A stretch of 63,372 nt of DNA, filler included, from Octopus bimaculoides (taxonomy: Eukaryota), in assembly GCF_001194135.2 (NCBI RefSeq). It is 9 parts of 7 records of this genome, joined end to end, with 100 filler letters (N's around TTAATTAATTAA, not from the genome) between each part and the next. Parts side by side here need not be neighbours in the genome. Positions count along the whole stretch, not along the records: positions 6,673 to 30,776 come from NC_068988.1; 8 more parts are not named here. One strand, 5' to 3'. Position numbers and translations under genes: made by a program. Within the stretch, counting starts at the first letter, position 1. Each line of letters starts with the position of its first letter. The notes under the pieces were generated by a model. That model ran no database searches. It was not told the origin of the DNA and saw nothing but the letters and a program-made list of their open reading frames with translations. This document shows positions 13,184-26,225 of the stretch, one piece after another.

Positions 13184-14504
13184 TATATTAAGCATGTGTA
13201 AAATTCGAAAGAAATCTGTTGGGTAGTTCTCGAGTCTTAGTGATGCACACATACACAGTAACAGACAGATACACAGTCTCAGTTTTATTTATATAGATAT
13301 ATATGCATAGATGCACGCTTACTCGCACACACACATACATACACAGACAAACACAGACACACACATATATATACACATACATATGACTTGTCACCAAATA
13401 TACTAGAGGCGTATTTAAAAACGCAAAGGAACCATTCACTGAGGACATATGTGTAAACACACCAGGTCAGTTTGCAGTGCTACCTAACCAGAGTAGTGCG
13501 CACAGGTATTTTTGAGTGGTTATCGCTTTTTCAGTAGCAAAGTGCTGGAAGACACACTCTTTCAACTGACAAGGGAGACAATGTTCTCTCATTTTATTCG
13601 TGTCGTTGTACTATGACTGGTTACACTAATCAGTCATATAATTAATTATGTTTGTTCGCTCGTTCACACGTTACACTTTAGTTTGTTAGGGGTAAGGAGG
13701 TGAATTGAGAGACTGAGAAAGAGAGTGGGAATGTGAAATTAAGATAGAAGAAGGGGAATGAGTGAGATATAAGACAGTCATTTCCATTAATTACGCTGTG
13801 AGTGACCTAGCAAATAGTCAGTTCTGCTAACCCCGTTATCAACTCGTTAAGGAGGTGATATTTGAAAAGGAAGAGAAAGTGAAAAATGTTAACACATGGA
13901 AGAGGTAGACAGAGAGGGGGGGGGGAGAGAAATAAAGGAAAACACAAACTGCTTAGAATTCGTAAATCTGTTAAGTTACTGGAAATATAATAACTCAGCA
14001 AATACCCATAGATACTATATTTTCAAAACTATGCAGTGGAATTGAAACTAATCGTGTCAATGTAAACAATGTGCACATCCCCTATATCGCTTTATGCAGA
14101 AGAATTGTATATATTGTAACGTAATTATGATAGAACAGTGCGTAATAAGGAATACGATACAGTTATATATTGATCTTGCATTTTCAACTGAATTACATAC
14201 TGACGAATAATATTATAGTGACTATTGTATAGCTTGTAATTGTATATTTTCCTTTAGACATCGATGACATTTATAAGCAATAAAAACGTAAATCATTCTT
14301 TCCTTCTTACATAGCTACTCTTGAATTTTTCGTTTCCTGAAATGGCTACAAGTTCTGTTGGTACAGAATAAAAGCACAGAACAGTGATGTGTATAAATGA
14401 AATTTGCTATCAGCTTAAATTTATATATATATATATATATGATATAAAATTAATATAGACAGCCGTCTGCAATATGTAGCCATGCAATGTGTATCATGTT
14501 ACAC

Positions 14505-14984
14505 CAGTGGTACTCAAACCGGGGTCTGCGAAGCGATTTTAGGGGGACCGCAAAGGTACGCTTAAGTATTGTGAAAACGGAGTGGCTTGAGACAGTTAAG
14601 TTTTAAAATTGATATTTAAATATTTTGTTTTTGTATGGTATCATCATTTTTTCCCGTAGGCCTCAGAACTCAGAGTTTCATTTCTTGATTTCCATGACGG
14701 GAAGATAACATTGTTTTACACCATTTTATTCCTTTGGAATAATACCAGTTATATCTTCGAAACATATATAGGAAGTAAAAGAATTTGAATAACACATGCC
14801 TTTAACTCCAATTATTTATAAATGTATTTATTATACAAAATATTTCACGTAAACCCGGAGTTTCTACAGTTAAAAACAAGGAGTTACACCTTTTTTTTAC
14901 TTGTGTGAATTTTTGCTACCCTGGTAACTAGTTATCGATTTTTTTCCGTGTTAATTGTTAACAAGGGAAAAATACTCATCTATT

Positions 14985-15033
<49 letters not shown>

Positions 15034-16400
15034 GTGTATGTATATATATATATATATATACATATTCATGTATACATATATTTGTATACGCGCACCCACA
15101 CATACGCACGCACACACATGCACACATATCTCCGCTTATTCATTATATGTTGAAAACAATATTTTCTTCTCATTCCTGGTCATATAAGGAATGAAAGCAG
15201 TTTGAACATGCATCTAATTTCCTTCAGAGGTTAACCTTCCTTGCATTTTTTCAAAATTAGAGTTGAATTCAGTGCATGAAATTTGGGGCATTTGCCTCAG
15301 TTCTGCGTTTTTAGTATGTGTTTATCATATTATGCCTGTGTGACAGCTTTCATACATTTACGAGTTGATCGTTGACATACACCTGAATGTCAAATTACGC
15401 CGGATGATACACTTCGTTTGAAACATTTCTTTTTTTTTGTATTCTAGATGTTCTACTCGAGTCTTATATCACATTTGAACATTTCTCATCAGTTATTTTA
15501 TTGCAATGCCCCGAGATGCATTTGTGTATTTTCAATGGCATATTTTTTTTGCTAAATGTCTCAATTCGTGTGTTTTAGTCTTAACGAAAAAACTGTTGGT
15601 CAATCAATTGTTGTAGAAACTACAGGATTTCGATAAGCTTGTTGTTTACCAAATGATTTCTCAGTTGTATAACGAATCACGTTTTCAAATTTTGGAAGGC
15701 ACACACTACATATCAATTTGTAATATTGCAGCTTATTTAGTTAGGTTATAATTTTGCAATAGACATGTTTCCTTTATTTTTATCTAATTTTGAATCTCGT
15801 ATCAGCAATGAGAACGGGAAAAGGCTGAATCTCAGTAATTTGTTGCACATATGCTTAAATGGACTTTATCAAATATTAGGGGTTTTTTTTGTTTTTTTTT
15901 AAAATTTCTAGTATTATTATTTCTTATTATTTCGAGTAACCAAAGCGCAATCAGTGGTTTAATGAAAATTTGTATACATAATTTCTATGTTCGAATACAA
16001 TAACGCTGCTCCTGATAACTTTTTAATACATTAAATCCGATTGAATTTACCTTCCTTGTGAGCTTCCCATTTTGCGTTGACATTGAAATTTCTATGTATA
16101 CAAAATTGTATCTCAAAACTATATTTAACAACAAACATTCTTAAACTTGAGGGAAAGCTGTGAAAACACTAAAGACATATCATGAACTAGAATCATCGTT
16201 TTATATTAATGCATGATTGTGTGAGATTTTGATATCTATGTATACATTCAAACTTCGGCTTTATCGAAAAATTTTCCCGAGAATTTTTCCAGGCATTTTG
16301 ACTTATCAGGGAAATAAATGGAATTGTATTCATAAATAATCACCGAATCGCTCAATTCAAAATCTTTTAGAAATGAAATTATTCAAATGATGATGGCTAT
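14505..16400 (-). mobile_element. Highly decayed hAT (Charlie-like) element
   Basis: CAGTGGTACTCAAACCGGGGTCTGCG at 14505 resembles a Charlie TIR. Broken minus-strand frames near 15350-15700 loosely resemble hAT transposase motifs (..SRG.., VIQ.RNHLV). The far boundary is uncertain. Confidence 0.4.
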
Positions 16401-17684
16401 AATGTTTACTATTATAACGTCTAGTTTTGTATTGCAGAATTTATATGAGTTTACCATATATAAGAGTAAATGCAAATCAGTCGTATACGAACACATTCCC
16501 TAGAGTGATAAGCTGGAGTAAATTTTACTTTGGCCTGCGAGAAATAGAACCAAAATTGCTCTCACATCATATTTTATTTTTTTAAGCAGAGAGCTGCATA
16601 TTAGACAGTTAAAATAAATACATGGGAAATTCATAGATACAATGCCTCTCATTATATTTTCGCTCATATATTCGCTCATGGTGTTGGTCTCTTTTTTGTA
16701 ATATGGAAATCCTAACGATAAATATAATGTGGCAATATTGTGAAATCTCAAAAATGTGTAACCTAAGAATCAATTACATAATCATGTCTGCTACAACGCT
16801 GCTGCTCTTTTGAGATTTATTATATTCAAAGAAATATTAATATTCCGTAAATGCTGTGAGAAAAGTAGTATACATAACCATAGACATATTCTCACATTTA
16901 AATATTTCTTCCTTAGCAGGCTATCCTTGGAAATTATACAGATATATTATACGGGAATACTTAAATAACTTTAGTTTGGTCAATTATATAGAGAAAATTC
17001 ATAATACAGGATTTATATTTTGCTACATGGATGCAGTGTGCAAACTCAAGTGGGAAAAATATAGAAGCTTTAAACATCCCGTATTGTTTAGAACCGATAC
17101 ATTAAAAACAAAACAATAATGTATTACTATGAAACGGTCTGCTATACTACATTGAATAAGGGAAAAACTATTTTCATTGTAAATTATCAATGAAAATGTG
17201 TGCGTGTGCGTGTGCGCACGTGTGGTTACGCGTGCGGATACGTGCGGATGTATATGCCCCCCTCGTATACATAGATCTCACACCCACACATCACACACAT
17301 CACACTAATATAACAGCCCCGCCCCCCACGGCTTTATCCTTTACAGAAAGTAAACAGACCAACTAACACAATTATACACATCGCACTACTACAAATACCA
17401 CATACACCATTCCCACGCTTTCTCCACTTCAAGGCACTCTTGCCGGCTTCACAGCATACCCAACCAAGAGACATAACTTCTAAACTAACACCCTGGCCAA
17501 TTTTCGTTCCACCTTTTTCAAAGCAAACGCTGACGGGTTGTACTAATCCACCTCCGACAATAGAGAGTAGTTGCCAGATTCCCTTCTACATTGGCTATCT
17601 ATGATGCACGTGTGCTGAAACAAAGACAATCGCAGCGTGGAAGATAGTTATGAGCTATTTAAGAACACGTACACAAGAATACCG

Positions 17685-17853
17685 TTAGATTCACTCCAAC
17701 ATTTAAATTTAAGTTCTGTCAAAATATTTTCGTCACTTTGAAACCGCGATCTGTTTACTGCAGCACGACGTTTTCTCAGTAAACAGGTCGCGGGTTTCAA
17801 AGCGACAAAAATATTTTGACACAACTTAAATTGAAATGTTGCAGTGAATCTAA
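17685..17853. repeat. 169-bp imperfect hairpin (76/77-bp arms, 16-nt loop); MITE-like or RNA hairpin
   Basis: ttagattcactccaacattt...ctgtttactg [cagcacgacgttttct] cagtaaacagg...aaatgttgcagtgaatctaa, with about 6 substitutions and 1 bulge. Confidence 0.9.
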
Positions 17854-17936
17854 CCATTTATTTTGTTTTGTGTGTGTTCTAAATGGCATATAAACATCTT
17901 CCACGCTCCAGTTGTATGTGTATGTGTGTGGAGAGA

Positions 17937-17969
<33 letters not shown>

Positions 17970-19171
17970 GGAGGGAAAGAGACTTGCAGGCTGGTCGGCA
18001 AAGATTGCATATCAATGTCAGATGGGTTCTTTATGTAATTTCCTATACACGAAATAGTCTATTTTTAGTGTAATGCCTTCTCAGTGTAAATTGGTTTCGT
18101 TTGTTCACTGAATCCTTTAAAAGCGGTTACTGTATATATAAATGCAAAGGATCTTTGGAAATTTTACATTTGGATGTGCTTCTTTTCCGATAATATAAAT
18201 AGGTCTGTAGCGCAGAGATCGACACACTTCTACTCAAGGTGAAATTCTATACACTTTTAATTATGTTTGCTTTGTATATTAATGATCCACGCTCAAATGG
18301 CTAACATTTGCGCTATTACAACAATAAACGCTATATTACAGTTACAATCTACAGTAACATTATCCTCAACTATTATGAAATGTCCATATATTCCATGGCA
18401 TGAACATGTTTTTTATATAAAAAGGGCAAACATCCTATGCTAATTTCACTTTCAGTAAAACGAGAGATTCACCAGATTATAAAACGCCGTCAACTTGGTA
18501 GAAGCTGCCTTTTCTTTCTCTGAGAACATCTAACTAGTATAGCTTGTGGGCATTTTAAAAACGAAAACAATTCAGGGTTTATATTTATGACTTAACTAAT
18601 TTTGAAACAGTGTCATGCATATGTGAAATTAGGAGCGAGATAAAAATAGTATCTTAAAAAAAGGAAGTGATACATACAATGTTCACTGAGACAGAATGTT
18701 AATAGAAGTAATTTTCATTACTTTCTAATTAACTCTGTGATAAAGAAAAAAAGTCAATTACGCAATTACAATTATATAATTGATCATTAGAATAAGTCAG
18801 TTTTTTCTCATTCAAGTTCAATGAATATAATTAGATATCGATATATCTGCTATACTGCGTAATTATTTCCTGCCGCTACAATTTTACTCTCAATAACAAT
18901 TAAATCATCTCATATATATGAGTAGATAAACATATGTATAATTAAGGAAGAGAACTACTGACATTGTAAGCTAAGTAGAAAGTCATAATCATAGAAAAAG
19001 AGGTTTTTAAAAATGTACCATCGGAAACTTTTGGGTGTAGTTATTGGGAGTATACAGTTATTCCACCTCGGGAAATACATTAAGAAAATTCACTGCTTCA
19101 ATCGACACAAATATTCGGTGCTTTTGCCCGCACAGCTATCTTATATATATATGGAATCGGTGATATAGCAG

Positions 19172-19212
<41 letters not shown>

Positions 19213-19277
19213 NNNNNNNNNNNNNNNNNNNNNNNNNNNNNNNNNNNNNNNNNNNNNNNNNNNNNNNNNNNNNNCAC

Positions 19278-19308
<31 letters not shown>

Positions 19309-19317
19309 GACAGAGAC

Positions 19318-19350
<33 letters not shown>

Positions 19351-20017
19351 GAAACGCAATAATTTACAAGAATTAAAGAATGTGTATCAAGTGTTCATAG
19401 ATGGTGGCATATATCTAGGAAGCATACATTCATATTTTAGTACGTGAATGTTACTGTACTACAAATGATAGAAAAATTCGGTGTTAAAACGATTTGTGAG
19501 ATATCGCATGCATTATGTAATTAATGATTATTAAAAATGTTACTTAATTTCTAGTTTGTCACAAAGTGTAATTGAAAGCTTTTCGAGAAATTGCCTTTTT
19601 TATCGCTTATCGTACATTTTTTCTTTCATTTGCTAATTATTCATAAATATCCAATCATTACACTACTGCTAAAAGTGCATTCTAATTTTTGCTTCTGTTG
19701 TGGATATCCGAAATTATCTATAATTGATCACGCAATATTGTGTAATATTTTAGATAAAGATATTACATTCCAGCCGAAATCCAATTTAAGACACATTTTG
19801 TTAGGCTTCCATTTTATATGCAATTTGTTTGCCTTATTCATGGTTAAAAGAGTTTGGTTAAATCAAATATTCATTTTCATATTTCTATCTAAAGTAAAGT
19901 TACACCTAAAATGTTTGATTTGGTGAAAATTAATATTGTTTAAACTTCCTGGTTATTCCAATGTTAAGCAATAAAAATAACGTGAATTCAAAGTTAACCA
20001 CTACGCCATATACCCAC

Positions 20018-20088
20018 GGGCATATAGCGTAGTGGTTAAGAGCGCAGGCTATTAACCCCAAGATTTCAAGTTCGATTCCAAGCAGTGA

Positions 20089-20141
<53 letters not shown>

Positions 20142-20290
20142 TCGAAAATACATTAGGAATGAGAACCCAGGTTCGAAATTTCGTCCGAGACACCTGAAGA
20201 AGACTGGAGGGTATATCAGCCGAAACGTTGTGTTACCCAAAAAAAAGATGAGGACAAATATCTTTCGAAAGTAAATAATTTAAATAATGT
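20018..20290 (+). mobile_element. tRNA-headed SINE-like element with internal (AAT)n and a hammerhead-containing body
   Basis: A-box TAGCGTAGTGG (20025) and B-box GTTCGATTCC (20070), then (AAT)n at 20093-20140, then a body containing a hammerhead fold. Confidence 0.75.
20189..20234 (+). ncRNA. Minimal type-I hammerhead ribozyme
   Basis: GACAC-CUGAAGA-A-GACUG(gagggtatat)CAGCC-GAAA-CG-UU-GUGUU. Canonical core, stem I GACAC/GUGUU, stem II 4/5 bp, loopless palindromic stem III (AACGUU), predicted cleavage after GUU. Confidence 0.72.
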
Positions 20291-21024
20291 GATATATTTT
20301 ACGTTGGAAGCTTTAAACCATATTTTGAAATACGGGTCGAAGAACTAGAAAATTAAGCTGTAAAATATTGAGAGGTTGATACATCTATAAGCCAGACAAC
20401 GGGAGACAATACATTGGTATGTTTAAAATTTAATACAGCTCCAAGAAATGAGGAAAAGAAAACTTAATACATTCTTCTATACGCAACAATACAAACTGGG
20501 ATATGTGCATGCATATATATNNNNNNNNNNNNNNNNNNNNNNNNNNNNNNNNNNNNNNNNNNNNNNNNNNNNNNNNNNNNNNNNNNNNNNNNNNNNNNNN
20601 NNNNNNNNNNNNNNNNNNNNNNNNNNNNNNNNNNNNNNNNNNNNNNNNNNNNNNNNNNNNNNNNNNNNNNNNNNNNNNNNNNNNNNNNNNNNNNNNNNNN
20701 NNNNNNNNNNNNNNNNNNNNNNNNNNNNNNNNNNNNNNNNNNNNNNNNNNNNNNNNNNNNNNNNNNNNNNNNNNNNNNNNNNNNNNNNNNNNNNNNNNNN
20801 NNNNNNNNNNNNNNNNNNNNNNNNNNNNNNNNNNNNNNNNNNNNNNNNNNNNNNNNNNNNNNNNNNNNNNNNNNNNNNNNNNNNNNNNNNNNNNNNNNNN
20901 NNNNNNNNNNNNNNNNNNNNNNNNNNNNNNNNNNNNNNNNNNNNNNNNNNNNNNNNNNNNNNNNNNNNNNNNNNNNNNNNNNNNNNNNNNNNNNNNNNNN
21001 NNNNNNNNNNNNNNNNNNNNNNNN

Positions 21025-21072
<48 letters not shown>

Positions 21073-22871
21073 TAACTGGTGCTAATGGCAGAATAACATT
21101 TGAAATGCAAATCTGTGAATGAAAAATAAGTTCAGATTGCTACATGGTAGGTAGACCTGGTAGAAATAGCAGCCAAATCTTCCTTAAAACACCCTACTGT
21201 ATTAATGCGAAAATTCTGCGTATTATATTAAGAAGTTGACGTTAAGAATTGCTTTAACAGAAAATGAAGCTGTAAGAATGAACGGGGAAATTAAGAATTA
21301 ATAACAGACGTATCCAATTTAAGAAAAGTGAAGTATGGAATAAGTAATTGTTATACGCTTATAGGAAAACAATTTATATGATAGAAAATTGATACATGCC
21401 TGTTGAAGATTAAAATGAGCTATTGTTTTCGACGCGTGTATAATTATAGAGAAACTGTAAGACATGAAATGTCCATTTGTGTGTGCATGTGTGTGTATTT
21501 TTGGCGGGATTTTTGCATTTAGCAGGATTTGGTTTGTTTTATCTGTCGATCAATGGCCGGACAAGTGAAATGGGAATGCGATCTTTTGAAGTGGCCAGCG
21601 AATGAAGATACATGGCGAGTTTTATGACTGAACTTCTTTTGAAGTTTTGGTGAGAGGGGAGACTTGATGTGCGTGCGTATGTCTGTGTGTGTGTGAATGT
21701 GTATGTTGGATAGGATGTGCGATACAGGGAGAGTAATGTTGATGGTGTATGTGTATATGAGAGAGAGAGAGAGAGAGAGAAAGAAAGACAGACAGAGAGA
21801 GATAAATGAAATTTATCATACATTTTATTTATTTATTACGTATATATGTATGAATGGCTTCAGTGACACATACTCGCATACACGCACGCACGCACGCACG
21901 CAGGTTGTTTTTATCGATTTTCTCTGTAAGTATGGGGGCTAGGANNNNNNNNNNNNNNNNNNNNNNNNNNNNNNNNNNNNNNNNNNNNNNNNNNNNNNNN
22001 NNNNNNNNNNNNNNNNNNNNNNNNNNNNNNNNNNNNNNNNNNNNNNNNNNNNNNNNNNNNNNNNNNNNNNNNNNNNNNNNNNNNNNNNNNNNNNNNNNNN
22101 NNNNNNNNNNNNNNNNNNNNNNNNNNNNNNNNNNNNNNNNNNNNNNNNNNNNNNNNNNNNNNNNNNNNNNNNNNNNNNNNNNNNNNNNNNNNNNNNNNNN
22201 NNNNNNNNNNNNNNNNNNNNNNNNNNNNNNNNNNNNNNNNNNNNNNNNNNNNNNNNNNNNNNNNNNNNNNNNNNNNNNNNNNNNNNNNNNNNNNNNNNNN
22301 NNNNNNNNNNNNNNNNNNNNNNNNNNNNNNNNNNNNNNNNNNNNNNNNNNNNNNNNNNNNNNNNNNNNNNNNNNNNNNNNNNNNNNNNNNNNNNNNNNNN
22401 NNNNNNNNNNNNNNNNNNNNNNNNNNNNNNNNNNNNNNNNNNNNNNNNNNNNNNNNNNNNNNNNNNNNNNNNNNNNNNNNNNNNNNNNNNNNNNNNNNNN
22501 NNNNNNNNNNNNNNNNNNNNNNNNNNNNNNNNNNNNNNNNNNNNNNNNNNNNNNNNNNNNNNNNNNNNNNNNNNNNNNNNNNNNNNNNNNNNNNNNNNNN
22601 NNNNNNNNNNNNNNNNNNNNNNNNNNNNNNNNNNNNNNNNNNNNNNNNNNNNNNNNNNNNNNNNNNNNNNNNNNNNNNNNNNNNNNNNNNNNNNNNNNNN
22701 NNNNNNNNNNNNNNNNNNNNNNNNNNNNNNNNNNNNNNNNNNNNNNNNNNNNNNNNNNNNNNNNNNNNNNNNNNNNNNNNNNNNNNNNNNNNNNNNNNNN
22801 NNNNNNNNNNNNNNNNNNNNNNNNNNNNNNNNNNNNNNNNNNNNNNNNNNNNNNNNNNNNNNNNNNNNNNN

Positions 22872-22914
<43 letters not shown>

Positions 22915-23279
22915 TATACATGGAGATATATATAGATAGGTATGATGTGCTTTCACACAGTAGGACTAAACCCTAAATCGCAGATTTACAAAGGAGCTTT
23001 GTAACGACACTCACATTTCTGTTTGTGTCTTGGTTACCATGTAAACACACACACGCGCATACACTTCACAGTATCAATCAGACTATTAGGTGTTTCTATT
23101 ACCCCACTGCTCAAAATACACTTCCCAGTGTTCCAACTTGCAAATGATACTATCCCCAGTTAGGTGGGCAAGGCTAGCATTTATCCCTAAATGGAGTACT
23201 AGTGCAGGACTCAGTAACTCATTTAGAGTTAGCTGAGCGGACTAAAGCAAAACGAGAAAATGTTTTACGCAAGAACAGA

Positions 23280-23888
23280 ACATACTGCCAGTCTTCCATG
23301 AGCAAAACACAAGCTTACGAGTGGTTTCCACGCTTTAGTCATGGTCACATATCGCTTGAACATTAACCTTGTTCAGGACGACCGTTGATCTCTCGAACGA
23401 ATGAAAGCATCATGAAAATTCATGAATTGGTGTTTGAGGACCGTCACCGAACAATTGATGAACTTGATCAAGTGACCGGTGTGTTCTGGAGCTCCTGCCA
23501 ACGAATTTTCAGCAAGGAATTGCGAATGAAAAGAGTTGCAGCAAAATTTGTGCCTCGCTTCCTGGCAGAAGATCAAAAGCAGTCACGACCTTTTGCGTGT
23601 CGTGAACTGAAAGAACAGCTGGAAGTTAATCTGAAACGTTTTTTGGAAGTTCATCACTAGTGACGAAAGCTGATGCTACGGAATTTGCGGAAGTGGAAGA
23701 GGTGTAGAAAAAACCGACAGATGCGTTAAAAGGCATCACTTCACAAGAGTTCCAGCACTGCTTCCAACAGTGGAAAATGCATCTGGACCAATTCGTTGCC
23801 ACAAATAGAGAATATTTTGAAGGCGATAACAGTAAGGGAAAAAAGATATATTGCAAAAATTCCCGTTTATTTTGGGTACCACCTCATA
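23280..23888 (+). pseudogene. Internally deleted mariner transposase remnant
   Basis: Translates MSKTQAYEWF..SGRP..TIDEL..KRVAAKFVPRFL..ITSDES, then jumps to FQHCFQQWK..NREYFEGD. A decayed TIR ends in ...ggtaccacctcata. Confidence 0.85.
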
Positions 23889-24365
23889 CTTAAATATTCA
23901 CCTGTGCGTGATCTCCAAAGTAACCAATTTAAAATGAAGATTGTATTTAAACACAGAATGCTGCGATATTTGCCTTGAGGAGATCTCTGATATGGATCCG
24001 TGATACATAAATTCATACAGTTTTGCTACGGCCGCCGGAACTGCCAGGTCATGGGATTTCACTCTGATAATATTTCCTCAAAGATAGATGTCAGGCAACG
24101 CGTTAGCAAGCGAAACTCCTGTCAATGATATATAGAATCCCCCGACTACTCAGGTGTTGGTGACGTAAAAAAGACAGTCACCTTAACAACAATTATCGCG
24201 ACAAAAGCAGTGTTAAAAGCAAAATACAATTTTCATCTCGAACTCAACGTAAAGGTTGTGTTAGAACACAAAATGTTCTCAATTTAAATAATGTAGTATT
24301 CTGCGTTCGAAGACAACCTCCGCATTATGTTTCATATGCGTGTCTCTAGGGACAAGCGTGGCTAT

Positions 24366-24788
24366 AGACGCAGGCGTAACTGTGTTTTAAGAAGTCTGCT
24401 TTCCAAACGCATCCTTCCATGTTCTGACCCACTCCGTGGGAGTTTCTCTCGTGCCATCTATTCTAGCCTGGGGTCGACCAAAGCCTTGTGAGTGGACTTG
24501 CTTGATAGAAACACTAAGGAACCCGTTGTAATATATATATATATATATGTGTGTGTGTGTATGTAGGTTTGTGTTTTGACTCTTTCTGTGTGTGTATCAG
24601 TGTCTGTGATTGTTCTTTTGACCGCTTGACAACCAGTGTTGGCGTGTTTCAATCACCTTAACCTAGAGGTTCACCAACAACAACGATTAAATAAATAAAG
24701 GGGTTAAAGATAAGTGCTGGTGTTTTTTCGTTCGACTAAAATTATCCAAGACGCTGCCTCAGGATTGCTTAGCCTAATGACTAAAATA
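24366..24788 (+). mobile_element. SINE family B (CORE-like centre), decayed
   Basis: Head, ...ccaaagccttgtgagtggac...gaaacactaaggaacccg, microsatellite and tail gcttgacaacc are collinear with the copy at 55564-55985. Confidence 0.75.
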
Positions 24789-24790
24789 CA

Positions 24791-24832
<42 letters not shown>

Positions 24833-24833
24833 A

Positions 24834-24864
<31 letters not shown>

Positions 24865-25379
24865 GCGCGCGATGTGTATGTATGTTCGTGTGTGCGTGAG
24901 TGGGTCTGTTGTGTGTATATTAATGTATAAGAATTGATGTTCGTCTCTATTTTGAATTATAACAACAAAAGAGCAGTCACAATAAGGTATCGTGAGAATT
25001 TTGGGGAAACACAATCGATTGTTGGGTAATAACTCTGGGATCATTATTTCCCTTGGGTTTGACTTTTTGGAATAATGGGCTGAATGATAAGCTTGCTTAT
25101 ATTATGTAATGGCCTGGGTATCTGTAATGTTCGTAAATTAGCGTATTGAGGGAGCTCAGTATGATGTGGTGAGACCGACAGGAAGCGGTCCAGCTTCATA
25201 GGGCTAAATAGCAGGAGTATATTCCGTTATTGGGATTGTCACGTTAAGTTGACTGTATACAACTACTTTATCGCATCACTACTGTTTAAGTCTCTCTGAG
25301 AGATTTAGAAATGTATTATTTCTAATTTAAAAGTAATTCAATATAAATCATACTTATATACATATTAATATATAACTTT

Positions 25380-25590
25380 TATTCTTTCACTTGTTTCAGT
25401 CATTTCACTGTGACCATGCTGGAGCACTATCTTGGGGGATTTTAGTCGAACAAATCGACCCAAGTACATAATTTTAAGCGTAGTATTCATTGTATCATTT
25501 TTTTTATTTGAACGGTTAAGTTACGGGGACGCAAACACACCAACACCGATTGTTAAGCGCTGATGGGGACAGACACAGAGAGACAGCCAG
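25380..25590 (-). mobile_element. SINE family B tail
   Basis: ttgtttcagtcatttcactgtgaccatgctggagcac...gttaagttacggggacgcaaacac. Confidence 0.75.
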
Positions 25591-25917
25591 CATTTACTAA
25601 GAAAACCTATAGTTACAGGAATTCAAATTGATTTCGAGTTGACTTATGTACATTTATATATGTGTATATATATGTACAATTTAAATATAGGATAACATCT
25701 TTATAAGAATTTATCAAGTAGTTAGCCAGAAAAACCTCATAAGGAAAGGTTTTAGTAATTATTCCCTCTAAATATATTTATTTATATTAAGGGCATTACT
25801 ATACATAAACGTCTCACGCTAGTAGGGATTCTTNNNNNNNNNNNNNNNNNNNNNNNNNNNNNNNNNNNNNNNNNNNNNNNNNNNNNNNNNNNNNNATATA
25901 TATATATATATGTATAG

Positions 25918-25967
<50 letters not shown>

Positions 25968-26059
25968 GTAGATAGATAGATATATAGATACATACATACA
26001 TACATACACCCACACTTATACATGTACGCACCACACATATATATATATAAATATATGTA

Positions 26060-26225
26060 TTCGACAGGCTTCTTTCAGTTTCCGTCTATTAAGTCCACTC
26101 GCAAGTGTTTGATCGGCCTGAGGCTATACTAGAAGACACTTACCGAATGTGCAACGCTGTGGGACTAATTCTGGAACTCTGTGATTGGAAAGCAAGCTTC
26201 TTACCACGCACCCACACCATATGTT
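26060..26225 (-). mobile_element. SINE family B head/core
   Basis: ggcttctttcagtttccgtctattaagtccactcgcaag...ggaaagcaagcttcttaccac. Confidence 0.75.

Noticed and set aside
19560-19900. Possible hAT dimerisation-domain remnant on the minus strand
   Set aside because: It needs frameshifts and several substitutions to read as P.TT.EAER.FS, which is too weak to call by eye.
20018-20092. tRNA gene call for SINE heads (also 3412, 55564, 57982)
   Set aside because: A and B boxes are present but there is no complete acceptor stem or cloverleaf, and each continues into SINE body sequence.
459-22956. Long ORFs in the track that run through N gaps or (AT)n, (GT)n and (GA)n tracts
   Set aside because: They are artefacts of unknown bases and of dinucleotide repeats lacking stops ([12 protein letters not shown]).
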